The translations under genes were made by a program, and so were the position numbers. From a bacterium (GTDB lineage: Bacteria; Patescibacteriota; Minisyncoccia; Phycocordibacterales; GWA1-40-21): 36,557 bases of DNA. Location: contig JBAWVR010000003.1 of assembly GCA_037147155.1 (NCBI GenBank), positions 1 to 36,557 on the forward strand. The letters are read 5' to 3'. Below, piece by piece: positions 9,231 to 17,367 of the stretch. The first letter of the stretch is position 1. Each line of letters opens with the position of its first letter. Under the pieces are notes generated by a model that was given only the letters and a program-made list of their open reading frames with translations, ran no database searches and was not told where the DNA came from.

Positions 9231-10346
9231 TCAGACTTGAGCTGGCTGCTCACAATCTTTCTCGATGAGATCAGCCATTTTAATTACGCAAGCATCAAAA
9301 ATTAACTGTTTGCCATAGTACTGCGCCTTTCTGGCCACAGCTGCGAAATTTTCGAGAGTCCGAGAATTTTTGTAGGCTTTTTCCAAAAGCTTACTATCCT
9401 CCTGCGGGTACTGATGCAAATAAAGAAGTTGTTCAACTCGTTCTTCTTTTTCAATCTTCTTATTCACCAACCACGAAATGCGCTCCCTGTAACGTGGATA
9501 GAGATAGCTTTCATGTGGAAGCTTAAAGTGGATATAACACAATAAATTCAGGGAGTTGAATTCATTGTCCAAATATCGATGAGCAATCACCTCCATTTTC
9601 TTGGTTATCTTGTTTAAACAAGAGTCATTATTGGCGGTTATCCAACGACCAGAACGTTCTTTCCACCAATTATATAACTCACGCAACAATTTGAGGGAGT
9701 AAGACAGATCGATGATCTTATCTACTGCCAACCAGACGGTCCGTGATTCCACATCAAAATCCCTTGGGTGGGTAATGATATTGAATAGTTCTTGTGGATC
9801 CTTCGACAAATCAACAACCCTGTGAAGAACACTCATCTTCAAAGGCATATCATGATTGTGTAGGAGATTCCAGATACCCCAGCAAACCTTTTTGTCGGTC
9901 GTACTGGTTATGATTGGATTTACAAGACTTCGGATCTTCTCTTTGACTAATTCCTCGGCCAAACCACTTCGAAAACTAGAAATGAGTTCGCCACAACGTG
10001 TAAGGTCGGTATCTGGCAAGGCCAGAATTTTATTTACCACCACCAAACCAATCGGGCAATCACAATCGACGTGAAAGAGAAAATCTCTCAGTGTTTTGAA
10101 ATCACTGGCAGTCTTTTCCAGTTCAGTGACAATCTCTATCAGCTTTTTGCGAGCAGCCTCCCTCTCCTCATCATCACCCGAGTTTGATATGACCATGCGA
10201 CAATCTTGAATCGTATTAACCTTGGTCAAATCAAATTTCGTTTCTCTCGGCACACGAAGGATTTTCCGAACATCAGAATCTTTTTTTTGATCCTTGATCA
10301 AACTGAGAATCGTGGCAACTGTGGACTGGGAATAGCCGGATTTCAT
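9231..10346 (-). CDS. Hypothetical alpha-helical repeat protein, probable distant paralog of 7945-9054
   Basis: 371 aa; SD GGAGG; similar N-terminal (RKILRVP vs RALDIP) and C-terminal (CVIKMADLIE vs CIRKLTILIE) motifs. Confidence 0.75.
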   Translation of the reverse strand: MKSGYSQSTVATILSLIKDQKKDSDVRKILRVPRETKFDLTKVNTIQDCRMVISNSGDDEEREAARKKLIEIVTELEKTASDFKTLRDFLFHVDCDCPIGLVVVNKILALPDTDLTRCGELISSFRSGLAEELVKEKIRSLVNPIITSTTDKKVCWGIWNLLHNHDMPLKMSVLHRVVDLSKDPQELFNIITHPRDFDVESRTVWLAVDKIIDLSYSLKLLRELYNWWKERSGRWITANNDSCLNKITKKMEVIAHRYLDNEFNSLNLLCYIHFKLPHESYLYPRYRERISWLVNKKIEKEERVEQLLYLHQYPQEDSKLLEKAYKNSRTLENFAAVARKAQYYGKQLIFDACVIKMADLIEKDCEQPAQV

Positions 10347-10403
10347 TGTGAGCCTCCATATTCTGTGGGTTTTTGGACAATAGTTTTAAAGAACAATAGC
10401 TTA

Positions 10404-10432
10404 AAGCTATAACAAAGATAATTTACTGTCAA
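10404..10432 (-). promoter_or_regulatory. Sigma70-like promoter TTGACA-17-TAGCTT
   Basis: Perfect -35 and 17-nt spacer; followed by TGTTCTTTAAAA. Confidence 0.6.
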
Positions 10433-10440
10433 ACGTGGTT

Positions 10441-10469
10441 AAAAAAACGCAATGGGTTCTCCATTGCGT
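10441..10469 (-). terminator. Intrinsic terminator
   Basis: ACGCAATGG-gttct-CCATTGCGT with T7 tail on the minus strand. Confidence 0.75.
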
Positions 10470-10484
10470 AGTGATAGACGGTTT

Positions 10485-10835
10485 TTAAACCGGATTATCT
10501 TTCATGAATTCATCGGACTCATATAATTGAGCAATGTGGTTAACACAAACTGTTATGACAGCATTTGTCGAGCCGGGATATTTCAACAATTTTCTCAAAA
10601 TGGCGATATACTCCTCGAGTTTTATTTCATCAGCAAAAAGTTCCATGATTGGATTGTCGAATATTTCTCCGCCTTCGCGTTTAAGTTTTTCATCCTTGAT
10701 AGTCTTGAAATCCCCCTTTTGCTCAGCCTCACTAATTCCCGAAAACCAAAGAACTCGGTCACGGAACTCTTCTCCCATGATACCGATAATGAATTCGGCC
10801 GTCTTGGAATTGTAAGTAATTTTGAAAACTGGCAT
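10485..10835 (-). CDS. Small hypothetical protein
   Basis: 116 aa; SD-like GAGAGGT; promoter TTGACA-17-TCTACT at 10914-10942; ends in CVNHIAQLYE like its neighbours. Confidence 0.65.
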   Translation of the reverse strand: MPVFKITYNSKTAEFIIGIMGEEFRDRVLWFSGISEAEQKGDFKTIKDEKLKREGGEIFDNPIMELFADEIKLEEYIAILRKLLKYPGSTNAVITVCVNHIAQLYESDEFMKDNPV

Positions 10836-10982
10836 TTCAAACCTCTCTTTCTTTTCTTTTTATAGGCATCTTTTGGATATTAAACACCAAAAGACAAACA
10901 AACTTCTTTATTTAGTAGAGCAAAAAATTGTTTTTATGTCAAACAAAAAACCTTTCTAGCGTTTTTTCTTTTTATAGGATTA

Positions 10983-11123
10983 CCCGGTTGTGAGCTTTGG
11001 CATCGTTTTTGAAAATTGTGCTTTGTAATTAAACTAAATGTCTAATTAGCAAAACAGACTCTGATGTAATATCAGAGTCTGTTTTGGGCAAAAACAATTT
11101 TAATGCCAAAGTCTACAACGGGG
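10983..11123 (-). mobile_element. Palindromic MITE-like element, family A copy 1
   Basis: Ends CCCGGTTGTGAGCTTTGGC / GCCAAAGTCTACAACGGGG; internal hairpin CAGACTCTGAT-ATCAGAGTCTG; abuts the fusA TAA. Confidence 0.75.
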
Positions 11124-13268
11124 TTATTTTCTAGATTCAATAATCTCTTTAGCAACGTTTGGTGGAACTACTTCGTAGTGATCAAATTCCATGGTTGAAG
11201 ATGCGCGACCTTCTGACATAGAACGGAGAGAAGTAACATAACCAAACATTTCAGATAGAGGCACCTTGGCATTGATAACTTTGTTCATACCACGATCTTC
11301 CATACCTTCAATTTGGGCACGCTTTGAACTCAAGTTTCCGGAGATATCACCCATGAACTTTTCAGGAGTAACAACTTCTACCTTCATGATCGGCTCAAGC
11401 AAGACAGGACGAGCGCGGTTGGCAGCCTCCTGGAAAGCTTGTGAAGCAGCAATCTTGTAAGCGATTTCGGATGAGTCCACATCGTGATATGAACCAAACA
11501 AAAGTTCACAAGAAATGTTTACCATCTTGAAACCAGCCACAATACCACGATCCATACCTTCCTTCACACCCTTTTCAACAGCTGGGATAAATTCCTGAGG
11601 AATCACACCACCCTTGATGGAATCAATGAATTCAAACTCTTCATAACGTTTAACGTTCTTTGAAACTTTTGCACCTTCAACCAAAGCTTCCATCGGCTTG
11701 ATCTTCAATTTAACGTGACCGTATTGACCCTTACCACCAGACTGTTTGATGTACTTGTGTTCAGCTTCTGCTTCACCAAGAATAGTTTCCTTGTAAGCAA
11801 CTTGTGGTTTACCAACGGTAGCTTCAACACCGAATTCACGCTTCATACGATCAACCAAGATTTCCAAGTGGAGTTCACCCATACCTGCAATAACGGTTTC
11901 ATTGGTCTCAGAGTCAGATTTGATTTTGAAAGTTGGGTCTTCATCAGACAAACGCTTCAAAGCCATACCCATTTTCTCGGAGTCAGCCTTGGTCTTTGGT
12001 TCAATCTTCAAAGTGATAACTGGTTCTGGAAATTTGATTTGGTCCAAAATAATCGGCTTGTCTTCATCACAGAAAGTGTGAGAAGTTTTAGCATCTTTCA
12101 AACCGACAGCAGCAGCGATTTCTCCAGCATAAACTGTTTCTACTTCTTCACGCTTGTCAGCCTGCATACGAACGATACGTCCCAATCTTTCTTTGTTACC
12201 AGTAGTGGAGTTGTAGAGATAGGTACCAGAAGAAATAGAACCTGAGTACACACGGAAGTAAGTCAATTGACCAACGAATGGGTCGGCTTGGAGTTTGAAA
12301 GCCAAAGCGGAAAACGGTTCTTCGTCGGAAGCGTGACGAACAACTTCATCACCAGTGACTGGGTCATGACCTTTGACTGGTGGAATATCAAGTGGAGATG
12401 GAAGATAATCAACAACAGCATCGAGTACCAATTGTACACCCTTGTTTTTCAAAGCAGAACCGGTCATAACTGGAACAATGTCGTTGGCAATAGTGGCCTT
12501 ACGCAAAACTCTCTTTAGGTCTTCTAGGGCTGGAACTTTTCCATCCAAATATTCAGTCATCATTTTGTCATCGTTTTCAACGATTTTTTCGATCAATATA
12601 TCATGATACTTCTTGGCTTCAGCCATCATGTTTTCAGGGATATCTTTTTCAATGATTTGATTGCCCATTTCACCTTCAAAGTAGTAGGCCTTCATTTTTA
12701 AGAGGTCGATCACAGCTTCAAAGTTGGATTCCTCACCGATAGGAAGTTGCATGCGCACGGCGTGTGGAGTCAAACGGTCAATAATAGACTGGAAGGAACG
12801 CTCGAAGGAACCACCGGTACGATCAAGCTTGTTGATGAAACAAATGCGGGGCACTTTACCATCATCAGCATAACGCCAGTTAGTTTCAGACTGTGGTTCA
12901 ACACCAGCCACACCGTCAAAGACGACAACAGCACCGTCGAGTACGCGCAAAGAACGCTTTACTTCAGCGGTAAAGTCGATGTGTCCAGGAGTGTCAATAA
13001 TGTTGAAACGGACTTTCTTAGACAAATCAGTACCCATGTAAGATGGGTTCCAGAAACAAGTGATCGCAGCGGAACAAATAGTGATTCCACGCTCTCTCTC
13101 CTGTTCCATCCAGTCGGTAGTAGTGTTACCATCGTGAACTTCACCAATCTTGTGAGATTGACCAGTGTAATACAAAATACGCTCTGAAGTGGTAGTTTTA
13201 CCAGCATCAATGTGCGCAATAATACCGAAGTTTCTGACCTTGTCTAATGAATAGTCTCTTTTTAACAT
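11124..13268 (-). CDS. fusA: Elongation factor G
   Basis: RNFGIIAHIDAGKTT, DWMEQERERGITI, DTPGH, NKLD, GMGELHLE and LLEPIM motifs. Confidence 0.99.
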   Translation of the reverse strand: MLKRDYSLDKVRNFGIIAHIDAGKTTTSERILYYTGQSHKIGEVHDGNTTTDWMEQERERGITICSAAITCFWNPSYMGTDLSKKVRFNIIDTPGHIDFTAEVKRSLRVLDGAVVVFDGVAGVEPQSETNWRYADDGKVPRICFINKLDRTGGSFERSFQSIIDRLTPHAVRMQLPIGEESNFEAVIDLLKMKAYYFEGEMGNQIIEKDIPENMMAEAKKYHDILIEKIVENDDKMMTEYLDGKVPALEDLKRVLRKATIANDIVPVMTGSALKNKGVQLVLDAVVDYLPSPLDIPPVKGHDPVTGDEVVRHASDEEPFSALAFKLQADPFVGQLTYFRVYSGSISSGTYLYNSTTGNKERLGRIVRMQADKREEVETVYAGEIAAAVGLKDAKTSHTFCDEDKPIILDQIKFPEPVITLKIEPKTKADSEKMGMALKRLSDEDPTFKIKSDSETNETVIAGMGELHLEILVDRMKREFGVEATVGKPQVAYKETILGEAEAEHKYIKQSGGKGQYGHVKLKIKPMEALVEGAKVSKNVKRYEEFEFIDSIKGGVIPQEFIPAVEKGVKEGMDRGIVAGFKMVNISCELLFGSYHDVDSSEIAYKIAASQAFQEAANRARPVLLEPIMKVEVVTPEKFMGDISGNLSSKRAQIEGMEDRGMNKVINAKVPLSEMFGYVTSLRSMSEGRASSTMEFDHYEVVPPNVAKEIIESRK

Positions 13269-13345
13269 ATATGTTTATAAAATGCGGGCGGTGCCGATAA
13301 ATTAATAATAAAAAGTGGCTAGCCCTAACTTTTTACAGATGGCAT

Positions 13346-13375
13346 AAGATTAACCTAAAAAGGCTAAAAAATCAA
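13346..13375 (-). promoter_or_regulatory. Candidate fusA promoter TTGATT-17-TAATCT
   Basis: Correct spacing upstream of fusA; the -35 directly abuts the end of a family A element. Confidence 0.45.
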
Positions 13376-13516
13376 CCCGGTTGTGAGATTTGGCGTCGTT
13401 TTTGAAATTGCGTTTAATTACCGTTTTTAATTATCAAATTAGCAAAACAGGTTTTAGCACTAAACTGCATTACATTTTAAACAAAAACAATTTCAACGCC
13501 AAATTCTACAACGGGG
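13376..13516 (-). mobile_element. Palindromic MITE-like element, family A copy 2
   Basis: CCCGGTTGTGAGATTTGGCGT...ACGCCAAATTCTACAACGGGG; 141 bp; shares ATTAGCAAAACAG and CAAAAACAATTT with copy 1. Confidence 0.75.
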
Positions 13517-13521
13517 TCAAT

Positions 13522-13650
13522 CCCGTTGTAGACTTTGCCATCAAAATATGAATTTTATCCAGGTTTGTGTATGATCTTTTTTTATAGCCAGGACGCAGTT
13601 TGCACAATTAGTCAGTTTTCGAAGAAAACAATGGCAAAGCTCACAACCGG
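13522..13650 (+). mobile_element. Palindromic MITE-like element, family A copy 3 (inverted relative to copy 2)
   Basis: CCCGTTGTAGACTTTGCCAT...ATGGCAAAGCTCACAACCGG; divergent interior. Confidence 0.7.
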
Positions 13651-13771
13651 ACAAAGGAGTTGGGGCGGGCCTGGATGGTCGAACCTTCCCAGGCTCGCCC
13701 TTGCATTTTCCTAGTTTAGTTCTAGACTGATTGTAAGTGTTCTTTTCTCAAAACTAACCAGGAGGTCCACA

Positions 13772-14302
13772 GTGAAAGAGAAAATCCCCATTGGTCAGAT
13801 CATCAGTTTCTATCTCCAGGCCATGCTCTGTTTCTACCAGAAAAAGGAGGAAGAGGAGGGCTCTGTCATCTTGCATTACAAAGAGACGGGGTATGATTGT
13901 TATGATTTTGAACATGACGATTTCAGACTTTGCCTCCGTGTCAATAATGACTGTCAGCTCTTGGAAATATTCCACAATGGAAACATCGTGTGGAATATGG
14001 TGGTTTGGCTCGAATATTTCGATAGAGTGGCGGCCGAGAAGATCATCGAAGAAGCCCTACTTCACAGCCTTTCCAGAAATGTTTGGAATGGCGGGCGCGG
14101 TATGACTCATTTAAAAGGTCAGCACGGAACATACAAGAATAATCCCAAACAAAATAATATGCTTTATTTTGGTGGCGAAGAAATCTTGTTTACTCCGGAC
14201 GGCAAAAACATCGGTCGCACCATGTATTTTGGCAAAGCCAATATTTACCTCGTATCACCTCCCGATATTGAAGGTCAGACAGCTTGCCCAGCAAGGTGGT
14301 AA
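13772..14302 (+). CDS. DUF5680-like hypothetical protein
   Basis: VWNM, AL..GGRG, Y.N, F.GEE.L and YFG pattern; SD AGGAGGT before the GTG start. Confidence 0.6.
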   Translation: MKEKIPIGQIISFYLQAMLCFYQKKEEEEGSVILHYKETGYDCYDFEHDDFRLCLRVNNDCQLLEIFHNGNIVWNMVVWLEYFDRVAAEKIIEEALLHSLSRNVWNGGRGMTHLKGQHGTYKNNPKQNNMLYFGGEEILFTPDGKNIGRTMYFGKANIYLVSPPDIEGQTACPARW

Positions 14303-14320
14303 AACAAAACAGCAGGCTAA

Positions 14321-14353
14321 CGCCGGCCAAGACTACTTGGCCGGCGCTTTTTT
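14321..14353 (+). terminator. Intrinsic terminator
   Basis: CGCCGGCCAAG-acta-CTTGGCCGGCG followed by a T-run. Confidence 0.85.
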
Positions 14354-14362
14354 ATGTTTTAC

Positions 14363-14547
14363 TACGAGATGAGCCCTCGAATTTCTTGCCCCGCGATTAA
14401 ATTCGCGTGCCCAGAGATGAAATTAATATTTCATTTTTCTGGGAATTTAATTTTACGGAAGCCTGCCCCGCGATGAAAATTATTTATTTTCATTTTGCGG
14501 GGTTCATGGCTTGCCACGAGATGAAATTCTGATTTCATTTTTCGTGG
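14363..14547 (+). repeat. Cluster of about 5 related short hairpins (family D), one nested inside another
   Basis: Units of the form stem-G-ATGAAA...TTTCAT-TTT-stem at 14410-14443, 14466-14502 and 14514-14547; outer unit 14391-14458; degenerate unit 14363-14388. Confidence 0.75.
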
Positions 14548-14559
14548 TATAATTTCCCC

Positions 14560-15045
14560 ATGGATAAAATAAAAATTAATGAAGTGGTAGAAGTATACTT
14601 CAAAGCTATGCTAGCTGGGTATTTTGGCGAAAAAAGCGGAGAAGTAACAATTGAAAAAATAAATAATAAGAAAACTCTGACATATAAAGATGGTAATTTT
14701 ATAGTAGTCGACAGCTACACCGACAATTTTGGCACAACTGAAATATCTTGGCGCGGTAATACTGTGTGGATGATGTTCTACTATGGTCATTACTCGACTG
14801 AGGCTATACCACATCTAATAGCTGCTCTCAAACCTCAATTAGAAAATAAAATTTGGCTTGGCGGACGTGGACCAAAACTTGTTGAGATGGGTAAATATTT
14901 CTATGAAAACATAGTGGAGGCTAATGACCCAATGGAGTTCCGTGGTATGGAATCAATCACCTCCCTCGGACTCGACGACAAACCAGTGGTTATTGGTTAT
15001 CATCGATATTGCGGCAAGGCGGTGGAAGAATTTATGGAGAGATAA
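14560..15045 (+). CDS. DUF5680-like hypothetical protein (paralog of 13772-14302)
   Basis: DSY..GTTEI..VWMMFYYG..GGRGP..FYEN..FRGMESI..YCG; N-terminus FKAMLAGY parallels LQAMLCFY. Confidence 0.65.
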   Translation: MDKIKINEVVEVYFKAMLAGYFGEKSGEVTIEKINNKKTLTYKDGNFIVVDSYTDNFGTTEISWRGNTVWMMFYYGHYSTEAIPHLIAALKPQLENKIWLGGRGPKLVEMGKYFYENIVEANDPMEFRGMESITSLGLDDKPVVIGYHRYCGKAVEEFMER

Positions 15046-15051
15046 AAACGC

Positions 15052-15086
15052 AAAACAAAAAACCGCGTGAGCGGTTTTTTGTTTTG
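15052..15086. terminator. Bidirectional intrinsic terminator
   Basis: CAAAACAAAAAACCGC-gtga-GCGGTTTTTTGTTTTG between the convergent gene and rpsG. Confidence 0.85.
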
Positions 15087-15103
15087 AGTATTCGTTTTTT
15101 AAT

Positions 15104-15574
15104 TTACCAAGCAAAATGTGCAAAAGCCTTGTTTGCCTCAGCCATCTTGTGAACGTTTTCCTTCTTCTTAACAGCTTCACCTTCGTTCTTACTTGCAGCA
15201 ATGATTTCAGTAGCAAGCTTGATGGCCATAGGCTGGCCTTTCTTGGAACGAGCGGCGCCGATGATCCAGCGCATAGCGAGAGCCTGACGGCGCTCTGGGC
15301 GGATTTCAGTTGGAACCTGATAGTTAGCACCACCAACACGGCGGGAGCGAACTTCGATAGTAGGAGTAGCATTCTTCAAAGCGGTTTCGAAAACTTCAAT
15401 TGGGTTTTCCACTTTTTCCTTCTCTTTGATGATCTCTAGCATTCCGTAAATTATTTTACGAGCAATGGTTTTCTTACCACGTTCCATAATATAATTTGTA
15501 AGTTTCGCAATCTTATCTGACTTGTATACAGCATCTGGAGCAATAGCAGCTCGGGCTTTAATTTTTCTACGCAT
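15104..15574 (-). CDS. rpsG: 30S ribosomal protein S7
   Basis: EVRSRRVGGANYQVP and HKMAEANKAFAHF; start MRRK. Confidence 0.99.
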   Translation of the reverse strand: MRRKIKARAAIAPDAVYKSDKIAKLTNYIMERGKKTIARKIIYGMLEIIKEKEKVENPIEVFETALKNATPTIEVRSRRVGGANYQVPTEIRPERRQALAMRWIIGAARSKKGQPMAIKLATEIIAASKNEGEAVKKKENVHKMAEANKAFAHFAW

Positions 15575-15587
15575 ATATTTTTCTTTA

Positions 15588-15673
15588 CCCGTTAAAGTTT
15601 TGGCTGACACATTAAGCATCTTGCTTAATGTCTGGAAAATCTATGATTTTCTATCAGTCAAAATTTTCTCGGG
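15588..15673. repeat. 86-bp structured repeat (family C) in the rpsL-rpsG spacer
   Basis: One mismatch to 17368-17453; CCCG...CGGG ends, an outer stem and two internal hairpins. Confidence 0.9.
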
Positions 15674-15684
15674 TGAATTAATAA

Positions 15685-16101
15685 TTATTTAGCTGCCTTT
15701 GGTCTCTTTGTACCATATTGACTGCGACCTTTTCGGCGACTCTCAACACCAGTAGCGTCGAGAACACCACGAACGATTGTGTAACGCAAACCAACATCCT
15801 TAACACGACCACCACGGAGTACTACTACGGAGTGTTCCTGCAAGTTGTGTCCCATTCCTGGGATATAAGCGGTAACTTCCAAGCCGTTAGACAACTTCAC
15901 ACGAGCGATTTTACGCACAGCGGAGTTAGGCTTCTTTGGTGTCTTGGTAGTAACTTTTGTACAAACTCCACGCTTAAATGGAGAAGCATAAAACTTCGGA
16001 CGGTTCTGAATCGTATTGAATCCACGCATCAAAGCCACCGCTTTGGTCTTGCGAGGTGTAGTCTTACGATTTCTTTTAACTAATTGATTAACTGTAGGCA
16101 T
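15685..16101 (-). CDS. rpsL: 30S ribosomal protein S12
   Basis: [25 protein letters not shown] and RGGRVKD. Confidence 0.99.
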   Translation of the reverse strand: MPTVNQLVKRNRKTTPRKTKAVALMRGFNTIQNRPKFYASPFKRGVCTKVTTKTPKKPNSAVRKIARVKLSNGLEVTAYIPGMGHNLQEHSVVVLRGGRVKDVGLRYTIVRGVLDATGVESRRKGRSQYGTKRPKAAK

Positions 16102-16266
16102 TTACCTTTTGATTAAATTAATATAATTCTAATAATTTGCAACTCTTATTAAAATCATGCACGGGGATAACTTTACTATAAGATTTTGAAAAAAGCAAGG
16201 CCAGACAAAGAAAACAGCCCAGCAGAGGAAGAATGGACTGTTTTCTTCCCTGCCGGGCTGACTCTA

Positions 16267-16620
16267 TTAAATTTTTGTCTCCTTCAGTAGGGGCCATTTG
16301 TTCAGTTTAAAGAAACCCACACGCCACAGGGCCAATAAGATGAGTAAGCCGATAATTGGGATGTCCGGCTGACAACAAAGAATGATAACCAAATTTTTCA
16401 GTATCTGTGGGTTATCATCCGTGTAGTAAAGGATAACGCTAGCCACGCCAATCAAAAGGAGTAGGCCGAATTTGATCAGCCACAGGAAGTGGGTACTGTT
16501 ATATATCCCAAACTGTCCTCCCTCATAAACTCCCAAAAACTTGAGCAGGCCGTCGATGTTTACGAACACTATCGTTGCCAAACAGAGCCAATTGAGAACT
16601 TTGGTCAATTTGTTTTTCAT
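16267..16620 (-). CDS. Small hypothetical membrane protein
   Basis: About 3 hydrophobic segments; SD AAGGGG before MKNKL; promoter TTGACA-17-TAATGT at 16715-16743; downstream hairpin at 16215-16260. Confidence 0.6.
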   Translation of the reverse strand: MKNKLTKVLNWLCLATIVFVNIDGLLKFLGVYEGGQFGIYNSTHFLWLIKFGLLLLIGVASVILYYTDDNPQILKNLVIILCCQPDIPIIGLLILLALWRVGFFKLNKWPLLKETKI

Positions 16621-16847
16621 CGCAAATCCCCTTATTTCTTTTAGGAGCAACCTTGTCGAAGATCTCCCAAATCTGTCTTCTGGCACTCGCCAGAGCATAA
16701 TTTGGTTTTATTTAACATTATAACACTTAATATGGCCTGTCAAACATAAACCCCACCCTTACATCTCTGCTTGGGCGGGGTTTATCTATTAGTTTGTTTT
16801 TTCTGAATCTCCTATCTTCGTTAGGTTCTGATTTTTGACAGAGTTTC

Positions 16848-16972
16848 CTAAAGTTTAGATTTTTGCTGAAGTTCGAGGCGCGAGCGAGGCTTGCGACCAA
16901 GCTGTACAATTAGTACTGCGCGGGAGCAAACGGAGCTCGCAACGATGAAATTCGGCAAAAAGATAACTTTAG
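16848..16972. repeat. RPE-like palindromic element (family E) overlapping the stop codon of the response regulator
   Basis: Outer stem CTAAAGTT..TTTTTGCTGAA / TTCGGCAAAAA..AACTTTAG around a GC-rich core with a central GTAC-aatta-GTAC. Confidence 0.55.
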
Positions 16973-17355
16973 CTAGCTAGGATAATTTTGCTGACTTCCT
17001 GAAGGACTTCATCCATAGTTACAGTCGCTTTAATCAAGAAACTATATGCCCCCAATTCCTTTCCCTTCTGCACATCTTCACGAGAACCTAGGTTGGATAG
17101 AAAGACTACGGGAATCGGACGAGTGACGGGATCTTCTTTGATCTTCTTCAAAATCTCAAAACCATCCATATCTGGTAACATGATATCCAAAATTACCACC
17201 GCTGGCATTTCTTTCTTGATGAGCTCTACCCCACTCTTGCCATCACTAGCAGACAAAGCCATCAAACCTCCGGCATTTAGCTTCTTAGACACGAGACTAA
17301 TGAAGAAATTATCATCCTCAACAATTATTACTTTTTTGCCTTTTATATCTGCCAT
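16969..17355 (-). CDS. Single-domain response regulator (CheY-like receiver)
   Basis: IIVEDD, LDIMLPDMDG, FLSN and FLIK motifs. Confidence 0.95.
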   Translation of the reverse strand: MADIKGKKVIIVEDDNFFISLVSKKLNAGGLMALSASDGKSGVELIKKEMPAVVILDIMLPDMDGFEILKKIKEDPVTRPIPVVFLSNLGSREDVQKGKELGAYSFLIKATVTMDEVLQEVSKIILAS

Positions 17356-17367
17356 AAAATTTGTTTA

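Noticed and set aside
7945-11123. Integron cassette array
   Set aside because: No integrase; the genes carry their own promoters and terminators; the elements follow core genes and lack canonical RYYYAAC/GTTRRRY pairs.
11266-13219. Antisense and alternate-frame ORFs over fusA (also over rpsL, rpsG, pilB and the giant protein)
   Set aside because: Shadows of biased codon usage, with no recognisable motifs or expression signals.
13655-13700. tRNA (GGTTCGA T-loop-like on the minus strand)
   Set aside because: Folds as one hairpin; no cloverleaf, anticodon arm or CCA.
14363-14547. CRISPR array
   Set aside because: Repeats are non-identical and nested, with no regular spacers, and there are no cas genes in the window.
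15575-15619. N-terminal extension of S7 (MLNVSAKTLTG...)
   Set aside because: The ATG lies inside the family C repeat, the same ATG is out of frame in the second copy, and MRRK matches the normal S7 start.
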